A stretch of DNA of 64,000 nt from Anthoceros angustus (taxonomy: Eukaryota; Plantae; Anthocerotophyta): contig VJWM01000273.1 of assembly GCA_010909165.1 (NCBI GenBank), positions 81,848 through 145,847 on the forward strand, written 5' to 3'. The position numbers and the translations under genes were made by a program. Below the pieces are notes generated by a model. The model saw only the letters and a program-made list of their open reading frames with translations. It was not told the DNA's origin and ran no database searches. Shown here one piece after another: positions 1-13,229 of this stretch (position 1 is its first letter; every line of letters begins with the position of its first letter).

Positions 1-74
1 GACAACATAGGGGGTCACCACCACTCAGAGTCCGCTGACTACCGGTAGGCTGCCACCCCACGCCGGTAGTCTCG

Positions 75-1123
75 TGGGTGGAATCTCGTGTCCCGAGACA
101 CGGTGAGGTCCACATTCACCCTCAATGTCGCTTGTAGTCCCGGGATTCGCCTCCCAAGGGAATGGTTTGTGCCAAGAGACGCTATCTTCTATCACTACCG
201 ACCTTGCCTAGCTAAGTCGTGACTTACCCGCTACCACCCTCACACCCATCTACTCAACTACTACTACCTCCGCCTTGTCCAACTACCACGGATCTAACTC
301 CCGACTCTCCCCTTTCCTACCAGCGCTCACCACTCACCGTGTAGTGGAACGAACCACCGAGGTGGGTCCCACACCAAACCCTAGCGACGATCTGGGCCAT
401 GGATCTCGCACGGGTTGTCCCCACCCGTAGTCCGGGTGATATTCGCACCCCCCACACTATGCACCCGATTCCTAGGGACCAGGCCTCCTACCTCAATCCA
501 CACACATGCACACACACAAGGGCCACACCACCTTATTTCCTCCGAAACACGCTCCCATGCGCACTTCCAGACAAAGACCGCTCAATTCGGATTACACACC
601 ACCCACCATGACCTCTCCACTGCTCTCTTCCTTCCCACTCGATCTCACCGCATCGCTGCACAAGATTTAATCTCTCCTTCCCCAATCCGCCTCACTCCTT
701 CTCTCTCCTCGACCCGCCTCGTGCATCCACCACTCACACTTCACCCTCAATTGAACACAACTAGCGAGGAAAGAAGTGAAGGGAGAAGAACCTGTGGCCA
801 CAAGCGCACGAGCAAGCTCCACCCGCCCGCCAATCCCTTGGTTCCTCCTCCTTGTCGCCAAGAATTGCCCATCACCCTTCCTCCTCCTGAGCAAGCTCTC
901 GACCACCCTAGGAGCTGCCTCGCACCCCCGCCTCCGCTAATTGGACGCCAACCAACCAGTGGGATCTCAACCAAATTATCTCACGGGAGAGGCATAATTC
1001 GCCTCTTATACACCCGGGCGCCATGGATTTTTAGGTCCTAAGATGGCTATCGAAGGACGCGCCCACACCGGAGCGATCCTAGGTCCAGGCAAGATCCTAA
1101 CCAAATTATCTTAGGATGCTATC
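75..1123 (-). repeat. 3' LTR of Athila/Tat-like Ty3 element, subfamily C
   Basis: Lies downstream of an env-like ORF on the minus strand. The start resembles the subfamily B LTR start (AGGTGA..CATCCT..AAG). It has a TATA-like GTATAAGAGG near 1010 and a GGCGAATCCC..CTACAAG motif like the A/B LTR motif GGACGAATCCCAACTGCAAG. It ends ...TTCCACCCA, versus CCTACCACA/CCTCCCACA in B/A, and is ~1.05 kb like the A/B LTRs. Confidence 0.5.
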
Positions 1124-1139
1124 ACCTCCGCCACGCTTA

Positions 1140-3400
1140 TCTCTCGACTTGGCCGCCTGCCTCGCCCTCCATTGCCGCCGCCACGAGCCCTCCCGCCACC
1201 GATCCGGCTGTGTTTTCCCACAATACTTCCACCTCACCGCCACCGCTGGACGCCCTAATTTGAGGTGTACCGCCTGAGCTTCCGCCTTCCGCTTGCCGCC
1301 TATTGCCGAGGATTATTACCGGCCTCGCCCACCCAAGCCGGACCTCCTCCTCACTTAACTCCTCCAAAGTCGCCTCCGACAATAGGGGCCAACCCCCCGC
1401 GCAATGGTAGAAGTATGCACGGGTCCTCACTTGCGAGGTAGGCCCCGATCCTCCTATTTCCACACACATGGACAAGGAAGGTTAACGCTGCTCCCCATTC
1501 ACATATAGACCAGAACATAAGTTTCCTCATCCATGTGCCGAACATAGGACCCTGAGCAGAGGTGCTTACCCCTCCTCCCGTAGGCTACACCGTTGCTCGG
1601 TCCATGTCCTGCGGGTGCCGTCAGGCCCCTGCTCCGCCATGCCGCCAGTTGCGCCAATGTGGTGCCCACTCCGCTGTAGTGGACTCCACGACGCGCTGCT
1701 CAAAGAACCCCGGTAGGTGTTTTGCCACCTTTGCTGCCGCTTCTGTAGAGTTCCTTCCACTACCCCGCCGTGGTCCTGCCACCGCCTTCCCTTCCTTCCT
1801 TTCTCGCCCGCCACGTGCCTCATCCCGCCTCCTGCTTATACCGCCTCCGCGCTTATGGGCCTTTCCACCGAGGCCGCCCGCCTCCTGGCTCGCAACAACT
1901 CCCGCATCCCGGTTCGCCCTGTGGGCATCCTTAATTTGAGCCATGAGCGCCGGCTCGTCATGGCCTGCAACTTCTCCTCGGCCCCGCACAAATCTTCTGA
2001 ATCTTGGCCCTTATTTCCTCTAGGACCCGCTTGTCTTCCTCCAGCTTGCTTGCGCTTGGCCTCCTTCACAAACCCGGCCTTCACCACTTCCTCCCGCCGC
2101 CTTGCACACCGAGCTGTGTGAGAGCTAAAGCCGCTTGATCCAACAACCGCTTGGGCCCGACCATCGTGGCCGCCCCGCAATCCACTCAGGCGGCCACGCC
2201 ATCCCTCCGTCGAGAACTTTCCTCCCAAGCAAGGTGCACCTCACCACCGTGCATCCACCTCGCTGCTGGGAGTCCCTTGAAAATCTCTTCCCATGCCGAG
2301 GAGGGGTCCGCTCGAGGTCACCCCTAAACCCTCCGGGTTGATTCATCATCCGCATCCGTGTCAAGAAATTGTCCTCTGATCGCGCCTCCGCCACCTCAAC
2401 CGCTTGGCCTTCATTTTCAGGCGCCTGCTGACCCGGTGACGCCGCCTTCACCTTTTCCCGAGGCCCGCCTTCCACCCCGGCCTTCCTCTTTGCCGGTAGA
2501 AATTTCCTTCTCCTCGAATCGCCTGCCGCCACGACTCCCTATCCGATTTCCTCGATTTCCTCCTTGGGCTCCTCCGCCTTCCATTTCACCTCCCTAACCG
2601 CTTCCACATGTGGGAGGCCACAATTCCACCTCGCGCGCTAGCATGCACATAAAGATGGACCAAATGGTGAAATTAGAGAGGGTCGAGGGTAGGAGAAATC
2701 AGTTCAACCTCTTCACACAACTTGTCAAGAGAATTCGCCCCAATCGATTCCCCTTGACCACTTCATGGAAGGAAGCAGAAGTGGTCGACAAATAATCCCG
2801 CTTGTGCAGAAACATAGGAGCCATCCGCCGACCCATCAATCCTGTTACAATCCTCCACCACCGGTTCCTGACGCCTTTAACCAGGCGGCCAGGTTCTTTT
2901 CCGGACGCCCATCACCAAACCGCCCGCCTCCTCCTACCGCGCCATACACCTCCTAACCAATTCCAGTCCCAACTCGGGCTTCGCCTAATTCCCCCGCCTT
3001 GCTTGTCCTTCTGTGGCGCGACACTCGCACTCATCCCAAGTTCATGTAATTCCACCGCTCTTCCATGAAGCCAAGCTCCTCCTTCACCACCTCAAATAAC
3101 TTTCCAATGATCCATGTTTGGCCATGGAGCAAGCACAATCACGACCTTGGGCGCCATCCCTCCACAAGAGTCTCCTGTCGCGCCTCAACCGATCGCCTGA
3201 CCACCCGGGCGGGCCTGTGGTTCCTACCTCCTCACCAACCCAGCGCCTTCCTCCTCTAGCGACTGCGATGTCGGATGGGGGTTCGAGCTCCTTCCCTCGT
3301 GCGCCCGCGCCTCCCCGCAGATCGCGGTTCCCGATGAACTCCTCGACTGCCGCCTCGCCCTCACAGGCCCGCCGCTGCCTCCCGCCCCACCGGCGCTCCG
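1140..3400 (-). pseudogene. Frameshifted env-like/Athila ORF1-like retrotransposon ORF (subfamily C)
   Basis: Minus-strand fragments include RGIDWGEF and FHHLVHLY, which parallel PDWGLIMYE and LSTYLVHLW in subfamilies A/B. An AT-rich TATA-containing segment lies upstream (3450-3790). Confidence 0.5.
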
Positions 3401-4999
3401 TTGTCCGAACGGATTACATTCCTAGGGTTAAGTTCCTGTTCCCTACCCCTGCTCGACCGCGACCGCCGCTCCACACCCCAATCCACAACCCCACACTCAT
3501 TCGCATTTAACGTTGACTCCAAGCCTATAGACCTATCACTCCTAATTATACCAACCCCTACCTCACATATATAGACCTTTAGTGGACATCCCAAGTCCAT
3601 GGGCCAAGGAACATCGAGTTCTAATTCTTATTATCTAACCTAAGAAATAAAACAAGAAAAACCATAGGCCAAGGACGCTTTCTATAAATACCCTTGCCTA
3701 CCGTCAACCCCGACTTATTTTCACACCACACACCAAAAACAAAAAAACACTTCAAGGCACATCCCAACAGGGGGTTTCCGAGTCCGTGACGTTACATCTA
3801 CTCGGAACTGGGTAGGCGTGCTCGCGCAGGGGCCTGATGGGGAGTCGGGCCCTAACGGCCCGGCTGCGGATGAAGGAGCCGGGGGGTTCGGTGGCATACC
3901 CCCTGGAGAAGGAGGCGAGGTGGTGGGAGAAGCAGCCCCAGCGGAGGAGGAGATCGAGGGCGGGGTCCGACCCGCCGAGGAAGGGGGAGGGGTGAGAAGT
4001 TCCCTCACCCCACGAATAAGGGAAGAGCCCGGGCCAGGATAGGAGACCAACGCAAAAAGGGACCGGAGGAGTTAGTGGCGACATCAGCCAGCAAACGGGG
4101 AATGAAGACTCTTTGAAGATGCTCCATGATAGGTATGGACAAACCAAACAGGAGGAAAGGAGCAAAGAGGATTCCAACCCAGGGGACGTCACCGATGAGG
4201 AGGAAGGAAGGAAGAGAGATGGGGACCAGACTACCATAGTAGGTAGTCAGCCTACCCCGGTAGTCTGCCAGACTACCGCGGTAGGGTGCTTATAGAAGGA
4301 GCGCGGCCGGGCGGCGGAGGTTGGAAAATGGACGCCTCCCCTGCTTTTGACAGAGGAATCACGCCGCCTCAACCATGTAAGGGGCAACATGGTAGCCGCC
4401 AAAGCTAGGAAGAGAGCACTTGGGAGGGCTTTGCAAAAAGACAAGAGAGCCAATCAGAACGCAAAGTTTGGGCAACTAAATTCAAAAGAGCTATTTTAAC
4501 AAACAAGTTGAGGCTAAAAATGATTAAGAGAGCATGTCGAAATTCTTCAAAACCTAAGTCAAGTTGTAGGATATTGTTAGAATAGAAGATATCGCCAGAC
4601 AGAATCGGGCCAAACGACCTAGCGGGCGAGGCGGGCCCAAAAGGGCGGATAGGAGCCGGGCAGATCACCAGAGGGTCGCCATCTACACAAAGAAAAGGGA
4701 GCGTATCATCTGAGTCGCGGATCGTGCCAGAAAGCAAATGAACATAGGAAGTCCCACTATCTGCTCATCAATAAAAAATTCAGGTTCATTAGGCAGCCAG
4801 AATGAGATCTCATCCGGCTCGCCCAGACCTGTATCCTGAAGGACTGTCATGTGTCGAGGAGCCTAGCGTGAGATTGAAGGATCAAGCGCAAGGAGGAGCA
4901 ATGAACGGAGAAAAGAGGAAATGCTCACCCGCCTCACACCCCGGAGGAGAAATCTAGGGGAAATTAGCAGCTAAAGGCTCAAGCCAGGCTAACGGTACT

Positions 5000-7200
5000 T
5001 GTGCCTCAGGGTATTATTGCTAGTGACAAGGAAGGGAGTGTTTGGGAGTAAAGCTTTGGAGCCCACGCTGAATTGAGAGAGTAATTCTCGTTAGAAGCGT
5101 TAAGGAGAAAGGTGCCATGCCACGCTACTGGAAGAGCAAGGGAAGGAGCTGCACAAAGGTTCCTCCTCGAGAGGAGGAAAGGGCCGGCAAAGAAAGCCAC
5201 CGCCGGGGAGGCGAGCTAATGCCCCAATTCACTTGTTTGCAGCCAACCCCGATTTGGTTGATTTTCAATGGGCGAGGAGGATAACATCCAATTGATGGGT
5301 GTATGGCCAATGGGCCTACACTAATTTGGAGTTGATTGAGGAGTGCTTCATCAATCTCCATCAATCGAGGCAGCCCTTGCCGGAAGGAATGCTCGAACGG
5401 ATCCTCGCCGGACCGTAAGGAGCATTCGGCTGTATGGGAGACCGAGGAGGAGAGCTGGAATTGCTCTCTCGAAAGGTCGAATGGAGGAAAGAGGACCCTC
5501 CGAATTCCGCAAGAGCTCCTCGACATGATGGACGGAGGAGTGAAGGCCCATGCCAAGAATGGCTGGAAAACAGAGAGCATCAAGGAGTCAAGTGGAGGCT
5601 CTTTTAAGATTGGGGTTGGTAAATTACCAAAGGACTTTATTTCAAAGACCAACTTCCTCCGCTTTTGTGGAAGATTTCCATGGGAGCCAAGCCGGATTGG
5701 GGAACCATCATGTATGAGGCATACATCCACCACCGAGAAGCTCCTCAAGCCAAATGTGGATGAGGAAGGCCAGCTCTACCTTAGCACCTATTTGGTGCAT
5801 TTGTGGAAACGGAGGGACTTCTCACAAGCAAGGAGTTGAAGATGCTTGGCATCCTTGAGATAATCCATCTCCACCAAGCTTGGAAAGGCCTTGCCTTTGC
5901 ATTGAGGAAGACTGGGAGGTCGACCCACAAGCATGCTAGGAGAAGGATGAGGCAACAAGGTTGCCGGAGTGGGAATCTTTTCCCCACAGAGCAAGAAGAG
6001 GAGAGGTGAACCGCCGAGGAAGGCCGAATGGTAGTCTATGAGAGGAGGACTACACAGAGGGGTGATGCCCCAAGGGTGGGGGAGTCCCACCATCTCGCTT
6101 TGTGCCTAGCAGAGGCACCCCAGCCTCACCCCAGGGAGGCGCCCCACCCAAGGGGGGGATCACCGTGGTAGGCGCCACCACCAGGTAGGTAGGCGCATCA
6201 CAGGGGAGCACCCACCGCAGAGGCAGCACCCCACGCCGAGTGGCCTACGAGGGGGGAAGGAGAAGCACGGCGGCGGCGCGCCCAGGCCACCACCACCCGC
6301 GCTTGGAGGAAGGGCGGATGGAGCGACTGAGGGGACTCACGCCTGGATGGCCCGGAGCAAGGGAGCTGGAGATTTCCAAAGAAGGGGCCAACAGGTGGAC
6401 CTTAGAGACTTGGCCGAGTGCTTGTGAAGCACTCACCATGTGGATTTGAAGGGGCTAGAGCTAGCCTCCTTGTGGGCATGTGAGGAGAGTAAGCCCAAGA
6501 CATGGCCGAGGAAGGCAGACCAAATGGCAATTGGAGGCCATGGAGTCCGAGAAGGCAAAGTTGGAGAAGGTCAGAGAAGCTCCGGACCTGTGGATCAGAG
6601 CGCGAGAAGGTCCTAGAGGGAAGGTTGTCACAAGAGAGAGAGCCATTCGCAACAACCCAAAGGGACTCATGGAGATGTATATGAGGAGCATTTTGCCCAA
6701 TTAGAGCAAGAAGAAGGGCAAAACGAGGCTCTAGGAAGGGAGAAGGTGGCGTCCAACAAATGGACGCAAGAGTGTGATGGCTACCCAAGCCATCAAGATC
6801 CGGGACATGGAAAGAATTGCGATAAGTGGAGGAGAAGCGCAGGGAGGCTCAAGACCAAACGCAAGAGTTGGAGCGAAAGGGTGAAGAGGAGAGGGAAGAC
6901 TTGCTGCAATGGCCGAGGAACAAAGGAGGTTCCAAGAGGAGGAGCACCACAAGAAGGTGGTGCAGGATGGTAGTAAGGAAGCGAAGGTTTGGGCGATTAT
7001 GCCCTTCAGCAAATTGGCCAACCAAAGGGGAAGGGAGGAGAATGTGACCTCCATGTCAAGGTGGGGAATTGACCACCAAGGGACGCCTACAAGGTAGGTG
7101 AGGATGGAGAGGCCGGAGATTGATGATCTCCAAATGCGTCATAGCTTGGGGCTCACCTCCACAATAGATTTTGAAGGCCAACAATGAAGTCTACGGTTGG
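5000..7200 (+). pseudogene. Frameshifted env-like/Athila ORF1-like ORF with coiled-coil C-terminus (subfamily B)
   Basis: Fragments NLELIEECFIN, GQLYLSTYLVHLW and E/K/R-rich AEEQRRFQEEEHHKKVVQ. NLELIEECFAN and LSTYLVHLW recur in the A copies. Confidence 0.55.
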
Positions 7201-8092
7201 CCAAGAGGAGGACAATAGGGTCCTCATGATGATGAAGGAGCGCAGTGCAGAGGCCTGATTTTGATGAGGCTAAACATGGACTCCGAGGAACTGGGAGAAG
7301 GTGGAGAAGAGAGCGCGGTGAGTGGAAGATGGCGTGAGAGCAAGGAGGGGGACAGCCTCCGGGGGGTCACCTACCACCAGAGACACCACCACCAGTAGTC
7401 CGCCAGATGCGGTAGACAACCACCCACGTAGTCCGCCACTACCGGGTAAGCAACCGCGCGGGCTTGGGGGAGCGGCCGCCGAGGCTCGAGGGGAAGGAGC
7501 CCAGTGACACACCCCGGAATAGAAGAGGAGGTGGGGAGACAACCCCACCGAGGACCAAGGACGGGTCCACCCGAGGAAGGGGAGGAGGGTGAGAAGTTCC
7601 CTCACCCGATAAGGGAAGAGCTGTGAGAAGAGATGCAAAAAGGGCCCAAGAAGTTAGACATCACCAAAATTGGGGAAAAGACTTTGAGAAATGCTCCATG
7701 ATAGGTATGGACAAATCAAACAGGAAAGGAGCAAGGAGATCTCCACCCAAGAGACATCCGATGGAGAAGAAGAGAAGAAGGAGAAGGACTGACTACCATG
7801 GTAGTCACCACCCCGTAGTCCCGTGACCACCGCGAGTGAGCAAGGAAAGGGGCGCCTGAGGCGCGGAGGGGCGCGATTGCTGGAGGACAGAGAATGTGGC
7901 GCGCCCGCGGAGATGGAGGAAGGGGCAGATTGTACTTGCCCCACACATTGGGAAGATGACAAGGACTGGGAAGGCAAGAGCAAAAGGAGGGCGAGGGAGC
8001 CAATCCACAACGCTGGCCACCACCCAAAGAGATGAAGACTAGAATGGTCAAAGACCATAAATGATGAGAGGAATAATAGAAAGGATAGGTGA

Positions 8093-9078
8093 TGTAGGTC
8101 GACATCCTTTAAGGATGATTAGGTGAAGTTGCTAGAATAGAATTTACCAAGGATCGATAATACTTAGATGCCAGCCTTAAATGTCAAGTAGGAAATAATA
8201 GAATATTGGAAAAGGTGACCGCAGAGGGTCACCTAAGGGAGGTTGTATGTGGAAGGCCTCCTATAAGAGGAGGAGGATTTCACAAAGTAAAGTATCATGT
8301 CTTGCGCCCATACTCCCGAGTCCTTTGCCTTGTAAAGGAATTTCGTGAGCCAACGCATTCGTAGAGAGGAAGTCATGGTCGGAGTGCTTGGTGGAGGACT
8401 TGCTCGCAAGTGCCTAAACGAGTTGCTCCTTGTGAATGGTTGTGAAATTGCTTTGCTTTGGGTGTGTGGCAATGCCTGTGAACTCTGAGAGGTAGATCCA
8501 GGAAAGACTGGAGGTTCTCACGAGTGTCAAACTCATAGCAACCGCCCAAGGAAGAACTTGGGTGGAGGCCGACCCTGTGCCAGCTGTAAGGGCGAGTCAA
8601 GAAGCCCGAATCGAGGTTAGAATAGGAGGAAGAGGATGAGATGAGTAGAGGATTAGAGGTGTAGGTGTTAGTGGAAGGCCACGCAGAGCCTAAGGGACGA
8701 ATCCCAACTGCAAGTAAAAGAGCGCCCCCGAGTGGAGAAGAGTGGTCTTAGAAGTAGGGACGAAATTGCGTGTGGATGTGGGGTCCCGGGCGCCCGTGAT
8801 AGGCTCCTCCCGCTAAGGCGTGACCTGCAATTGTGTGTCGCTGTAGGTCGAGGATTGGTGATTTTTCGAAAGGCAAGTGGTGCACTGAAGAGGGAGAGTA
8901 GAGGGCGCCTTGCTTGTTTAGAAGGCTGAGAAGTTGTGTCACCGCAGTAGCGATCGGCATCACAGACCCTCGAACTTTCACACAGTCTCATGGGACGAAA
9001 CCCAACGCACGGCGGCAAAGGACAAGTGTGGCCGCTTAGAGTGGGAGGATCCTGGGAGCCCCGGGTTTTCCTACCACA
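8093..9078 (+). repeat. LTR copy 1 (subfamily B)
   Basis: Runs TGTAGG...CCTACCACA, is preceded by a purine-rich tract and contains CCTATAAGAGG (TATA). It is collinear with 9171-10150 and with the A LTRs. Confidence 0.75.
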
Positions 9079-9170
9079 CAATCCATGGGGAGACGCCCCT
9101 ACCCTCAAAGCAGGATTAGGACTAGGTATGGTCAAAGGCCATAAATGAACTAGGAGAGAGGAAGGATAGG

Positions 9171-10150
9171 TGAGATAGGATGACATCCTTTAAGGATGAT
9201 CTTAGGTGAGTTGCTAGAATAGAATTCACCCAATCGTTGCACTTAGATGCCTTAAATGTCAGAGGGAAATAATAGAATATTGGAAAAGGTGACCGCGGAG
9301 GGTCACCAAGGGAGGTGTATGAAGGCCCTCAAGAGGAGGAGGATTTTGCCACAAAAAGTATCGCCCGCGCCCATACCGCAAGTCCTTTGCCCTGTAAAGG
9401 AATTTTGTGCCAGCTGTGAGCCAACGTCATTCGGTAGAGAGGAAGTCGCGTGGCGGAGTTTGGTGGAGGGCTTGCTCCCGCAAGTGCCTAAACGAGTTGC
9501 TCCTTGTGAATGGTTGCCGTGAAATTGCTTTGCTTTGGGTGTGTGGCAATGCCTGTGAACTCTCGGCTTGAGGGTAGACTACAGGGAAAGACTCGGAGGT
9601 TCTCACGGTGTCAAACCCATAGCAACCGCCCAAGGAAGAACTTGGTGTAGGCCGACCGGCAAGCAGCTTGCAGCCGAGGCCAAGTGTCGAACTGAGGTTA
9701 ATAGGAGGAAGAGGAGGAGATGAAAAGAGGATTAGAGTGTAGGTGCTAGTGGAAGGCCACAGGCAGAGCCTAAGGGACGAATCCCAAATCTGCAAGTAAA
9801 AGGGCGCTCCCTGAGTGGAGAAGATTGGTCTTTGAAGTAGGGACGAAATTGCGGTGTGGATCAGGGGGTCCCTGGACGCCCGTGATAGGCTCCTCGCTGC
9901 TAAGGCAAGACCTGCAATTGTGTGTCATTGTAGGTCGAGGATTGATTTTTCTAGCAAGGCAAGTGTGTGTAAGAGGAGAGAGGGCGCCTGCTTGTTTAGA
10001 AGGTCGAAGTTGTGTCACGCAGTAGCGATTGTTTCCACAAGACTCAGCTTTTACACAAGTCTCATGGGACTAAAACCCAACGCGTAAGCGATAGTGGGAT
10101 AAGTGTGGCCGCTTAGAGGGGCTCTAAGCCCCGGGTTTTCCTCCCAGACA
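9171..10150 (+). repeat. LTR copy 2 (subfamily B), tandem with copy 1
   Basis: Collinear with 8093-9078 throughout and ends CCTCCCAGACA. Confidence 0.75.
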
Positions 10151-11489
10151 TACTTCATTGGAAATGCACATACATATATAGACAAATACAACAAGAGGAA
10201 AGACACGCAAAACTTCAAACCTTGACAGAAGAGAAGAACTGAATTTTCCGTACCACAAACACCATGAACAAAACATACACAAATCCGTCCTCAAAGGCCT
10301 TCAACAACCTTTGAGCGGCAAAAACACGCACCAATACCAACAGAAGACCGGCAAAACCGCCATGCAAATGCCACAACAGTACAGACAATAGGACACAAAC
10401 TAGAAAACAAGGACACTTACAACGAGCAGCAGCGAAACGAGAACGGCCAAACCGCCACACAAAACAACACCAGAAAAGACACCGGCCTTTAATCTCAGAA
10501 ACTTGACCTTCGAAGGCGAACAACCTTAACGTTCAGAAACGAACAACGTTCAGAAACGAAATACAAATGGAACTGAGAAACCGAGATAGAAGCCGAAACA
10601 AGCAAAGCGATGTGAAGTACAACAGTACGCAGGACAACATCAACAATCAAGGAGGCTGAAAACAATCGCACAAAACAAGAAAACCAGAATGACAAAAAGA
10701 CGACACCAAACAAAGGTGTAAACATATAAGGAGGATCTTCGCTTTAACCTCTAGAAACTTAGCCATCGAAACCAACCAACCTTCCGGGAAGAGGCGATGG
10801 CCCACGGATGAAAAAACGAATCACCATCATAACAGAACAACAACTACTAAACTAGACCGGCCTTGGACATACCTATCCTCGCAATAAGGACGCAAACCAA
10901 GATGACCTTGGCCTTCGGACGTGCAACATACCAAAGAAAACGGAGTAAACAGAAGACCTGGACGCTCAAAACTAAGACAAAGAACAAACCAAAAGATGCA
11001 AGAACCTTGGCCCTCGGAGCAAAGTGGAAAAGACCTTGAAATGTGGAGAAAGCGCTTAAATAGCCTATCAAACCCTAGGGTTTCTCCTTCACATGCCGCT
11101 TCTCTCTCTAGGCCTCATTTGAATTTTCCGAACCTAGATTTCCGAGGGTGACAAACCTAACTAAGTTAAGGATTGGTCGTACCGCCACCCTACCTTCCCA
11201 AACCTAGCCCGACTTTGCCAAACCTAAACTTAAACTACTAAACCAAAACCGGGCGTGACGAACCTCCCGACAATCGAAGTGCCACGCACACTTCCCCGGA
11301 AACATTGAGAACCCTAACATTCGCTTATATAAACCCGCGGAGAGTTGTGGTCTGTGCGCGCCCCGCCACCGTTGTCCCTCGCTGGCCAAGCATTTGCCTC
11401 CGTCTGGAAGCGGGAGCGCGGCGGTGATGGAGCGAGCGTCTCTTCTTGTCATAGGCCCAGAACTTGTTTTCACGAGAGTCCGCAGCAAG

Positions 11490-11990
11490 GTGGTGGATGG
11501 TTGTCCAAAAGCTCTCGCTCACGTTATGCTCCAACGACCTAGAACGCTTGAGGTCTCGCAAAACAACTTGGAGCCCACCAAGAAAAGTCAATCTGCGACG
11601 CGAGGTAAAAGCAGAGCTTCCCTTGTTCTTTTCGCAAAGGTGTGCATTGATCGCCTTTCTTGCGCCAATATGGTTAGCGCATACATTTAAGTGTTTTCTC
11701 ATTTTGTTGCTCAGCAACTTGATTGCACCCGGTGGCAATGTGGTGGATTTTACTGCCTCAAAGTTCTCGCTCGTTACGCTCCAACGATCGAGAACCACGT
11801 GTCTCGCTAGAGCCTACCAGAAAGCCGGTTTGCAAGCGCTAAGGTAACACGAGTTTCTCTTGCTTTCGCCAAGACACTCGACAAGAAGCGCCCTTTCTCA
11901 TCGCCATATGGTCATGTCACATATGGTTTTGGGTGAATACACAACGATTTGCATAAACTCGCCAGTCGGTATCCTTGCACTAATACATCG
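11490..11990. repeat. Degenerate ~250-bp tandem duplication
   Basis: GTGGTGGAT..AAAG(C/T)TCTCGCTC(AC)GTTA(T/C)GCTCCAACGA occurs at ~11490 and ~11740. CGCCTTTCT..CGCCA(A)TATGGT occurs at ~11650 and ~11890. Confidence 0.5.
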
Positions 11991-13229
11991 CTTGAATACA
12001 TCGATCCGTTGCTCATGTAGTTGTCTTGTTCAGTGCAACCACCTCATTTCCGCCCATATCCATCCGCAGCATCAGCCACACTCATGCCTCAAGTCGAGCT
12101 CCATCCGCATCCACTAACCTCATCGCTTCCTGCACTAAGGGCGGTTCTTTACTTGACGGCTACATTTGAAGCTTGTGCCAATCGGACAACCTAAAGGTGA
12201 TCATGTCTATGTGCGTTCTTGCTGAAATTCTGATTCTTCCACACCCTTCCTTATCTCAGCTTGCTTATGGCGCCATATATTTCGGGATCGTCTGGAGTTT
12301 CAAGAACTCGCCTTTTCCATGTATTCTACAACTCGACAACTGCCGTCACTTTGTAAATGACGGCAATACGGGCGTGGTGTCTTGCCAATAAACACGGCTT
12401 TGATAAACGGCAAGGTGAGGCTAAACAATGCTTAGTGTCAAATGTCTGCTCAAAGTCCAATGCCCTGGTTTCAGCTTGAAACGGCCATCCAACAACACCG
12501 AATTTTCCGCCTCCACCAATGAAATGCTAGTTAACCCGTTTTCGATGTCCATACGATGCGGGCGGCATGCTAACATCGGTGGAATACTGCGCACGCTGGC
12601 GGCATGTGACGCGTGCTATGTGGCGGCATCGCGGCTAGATGCTCGCGACGCTGCCTTGCACACGCTCGGCCCCAGACTAAGATGCGAGGATCTGGCAAAG
12701 ATGTTTACGCGGCAAAATGTACAATCGATGTATCAAACACGTACTAAACTCCTATGCCTTCAAATATTAATGAATGAAAGCAACTCTTTAAATGGTCGAT
12801 ATCAAGGTAACCACTTGTCATTTTCCTAGTTTAAAGTTCAAACGATGAAACCGTAATCAAAACAATACTTATGTAAAGCCTACCATAGGAGCATAGAGCC
12901 ACAAACAACAATAGTTGGCGGTTAGACAATCATGTTCCACCCATGGGATCCGGATATAGACCGAGATTCAAATCCCTCTCGAAATACGAAAGATAGTTGA
13001 GAAAGCTCATTTTGTCACATGCCTATTTGGAAAGTTGAGAGGCATATATCTCAATGTATGTTCTCCGCCTCGCAGCACACTATGTTCACATCCATGGACA
13101 AACAAGATCAGAACTCCTTTGCCAAGAAACTGCCTAACCGAGAAAATTAAAAAGTAAAACTTTTCGACACCATGTACTAGATTATAGGATTGAGAATTGT
13201 CTATCACAATGACCCTTTAATGCTTGCAG

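Larger units (their letters stand above)
3797..10150 (+). mobile_element. Athila/Tat-like Ty3 element, subfamily B, 3' part (non-coding tail, AT-rich spacer, env-like ORF, non-coding tail, two LTRs)
   Basis: 3800-4450 is homologous to 7400-8000 (e.g. GGTGAGAAGTTCCCTCACCC and ATGCTCCATGATAGGTATGGACAAA occur in both). The ORF at ~5000-7200 is homologous to subfamily A ORFs. LTRs follow. Confidence 0.65.

Noticed and set aside
399-1041. 208-aa and overlapping ORFs at the window start
   Set aside because: They fall in the antisense of an LTR, are Pro/Ser/Thr-rich from base composition and show no domain motif.
70-3801. 5-bp TSD around element C (TCTCG / TCTAC)
   Set aside because: Only 3 of 5 bases match, and the two termini are not the same LTR.
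12821-12830. TTTTCCTAGT as a CACTA right terminus
   Set aside because: It lacks the terminal AGTG, has no matching left TIR and has only weak subterminal repeats (GGCGGCAT x3).
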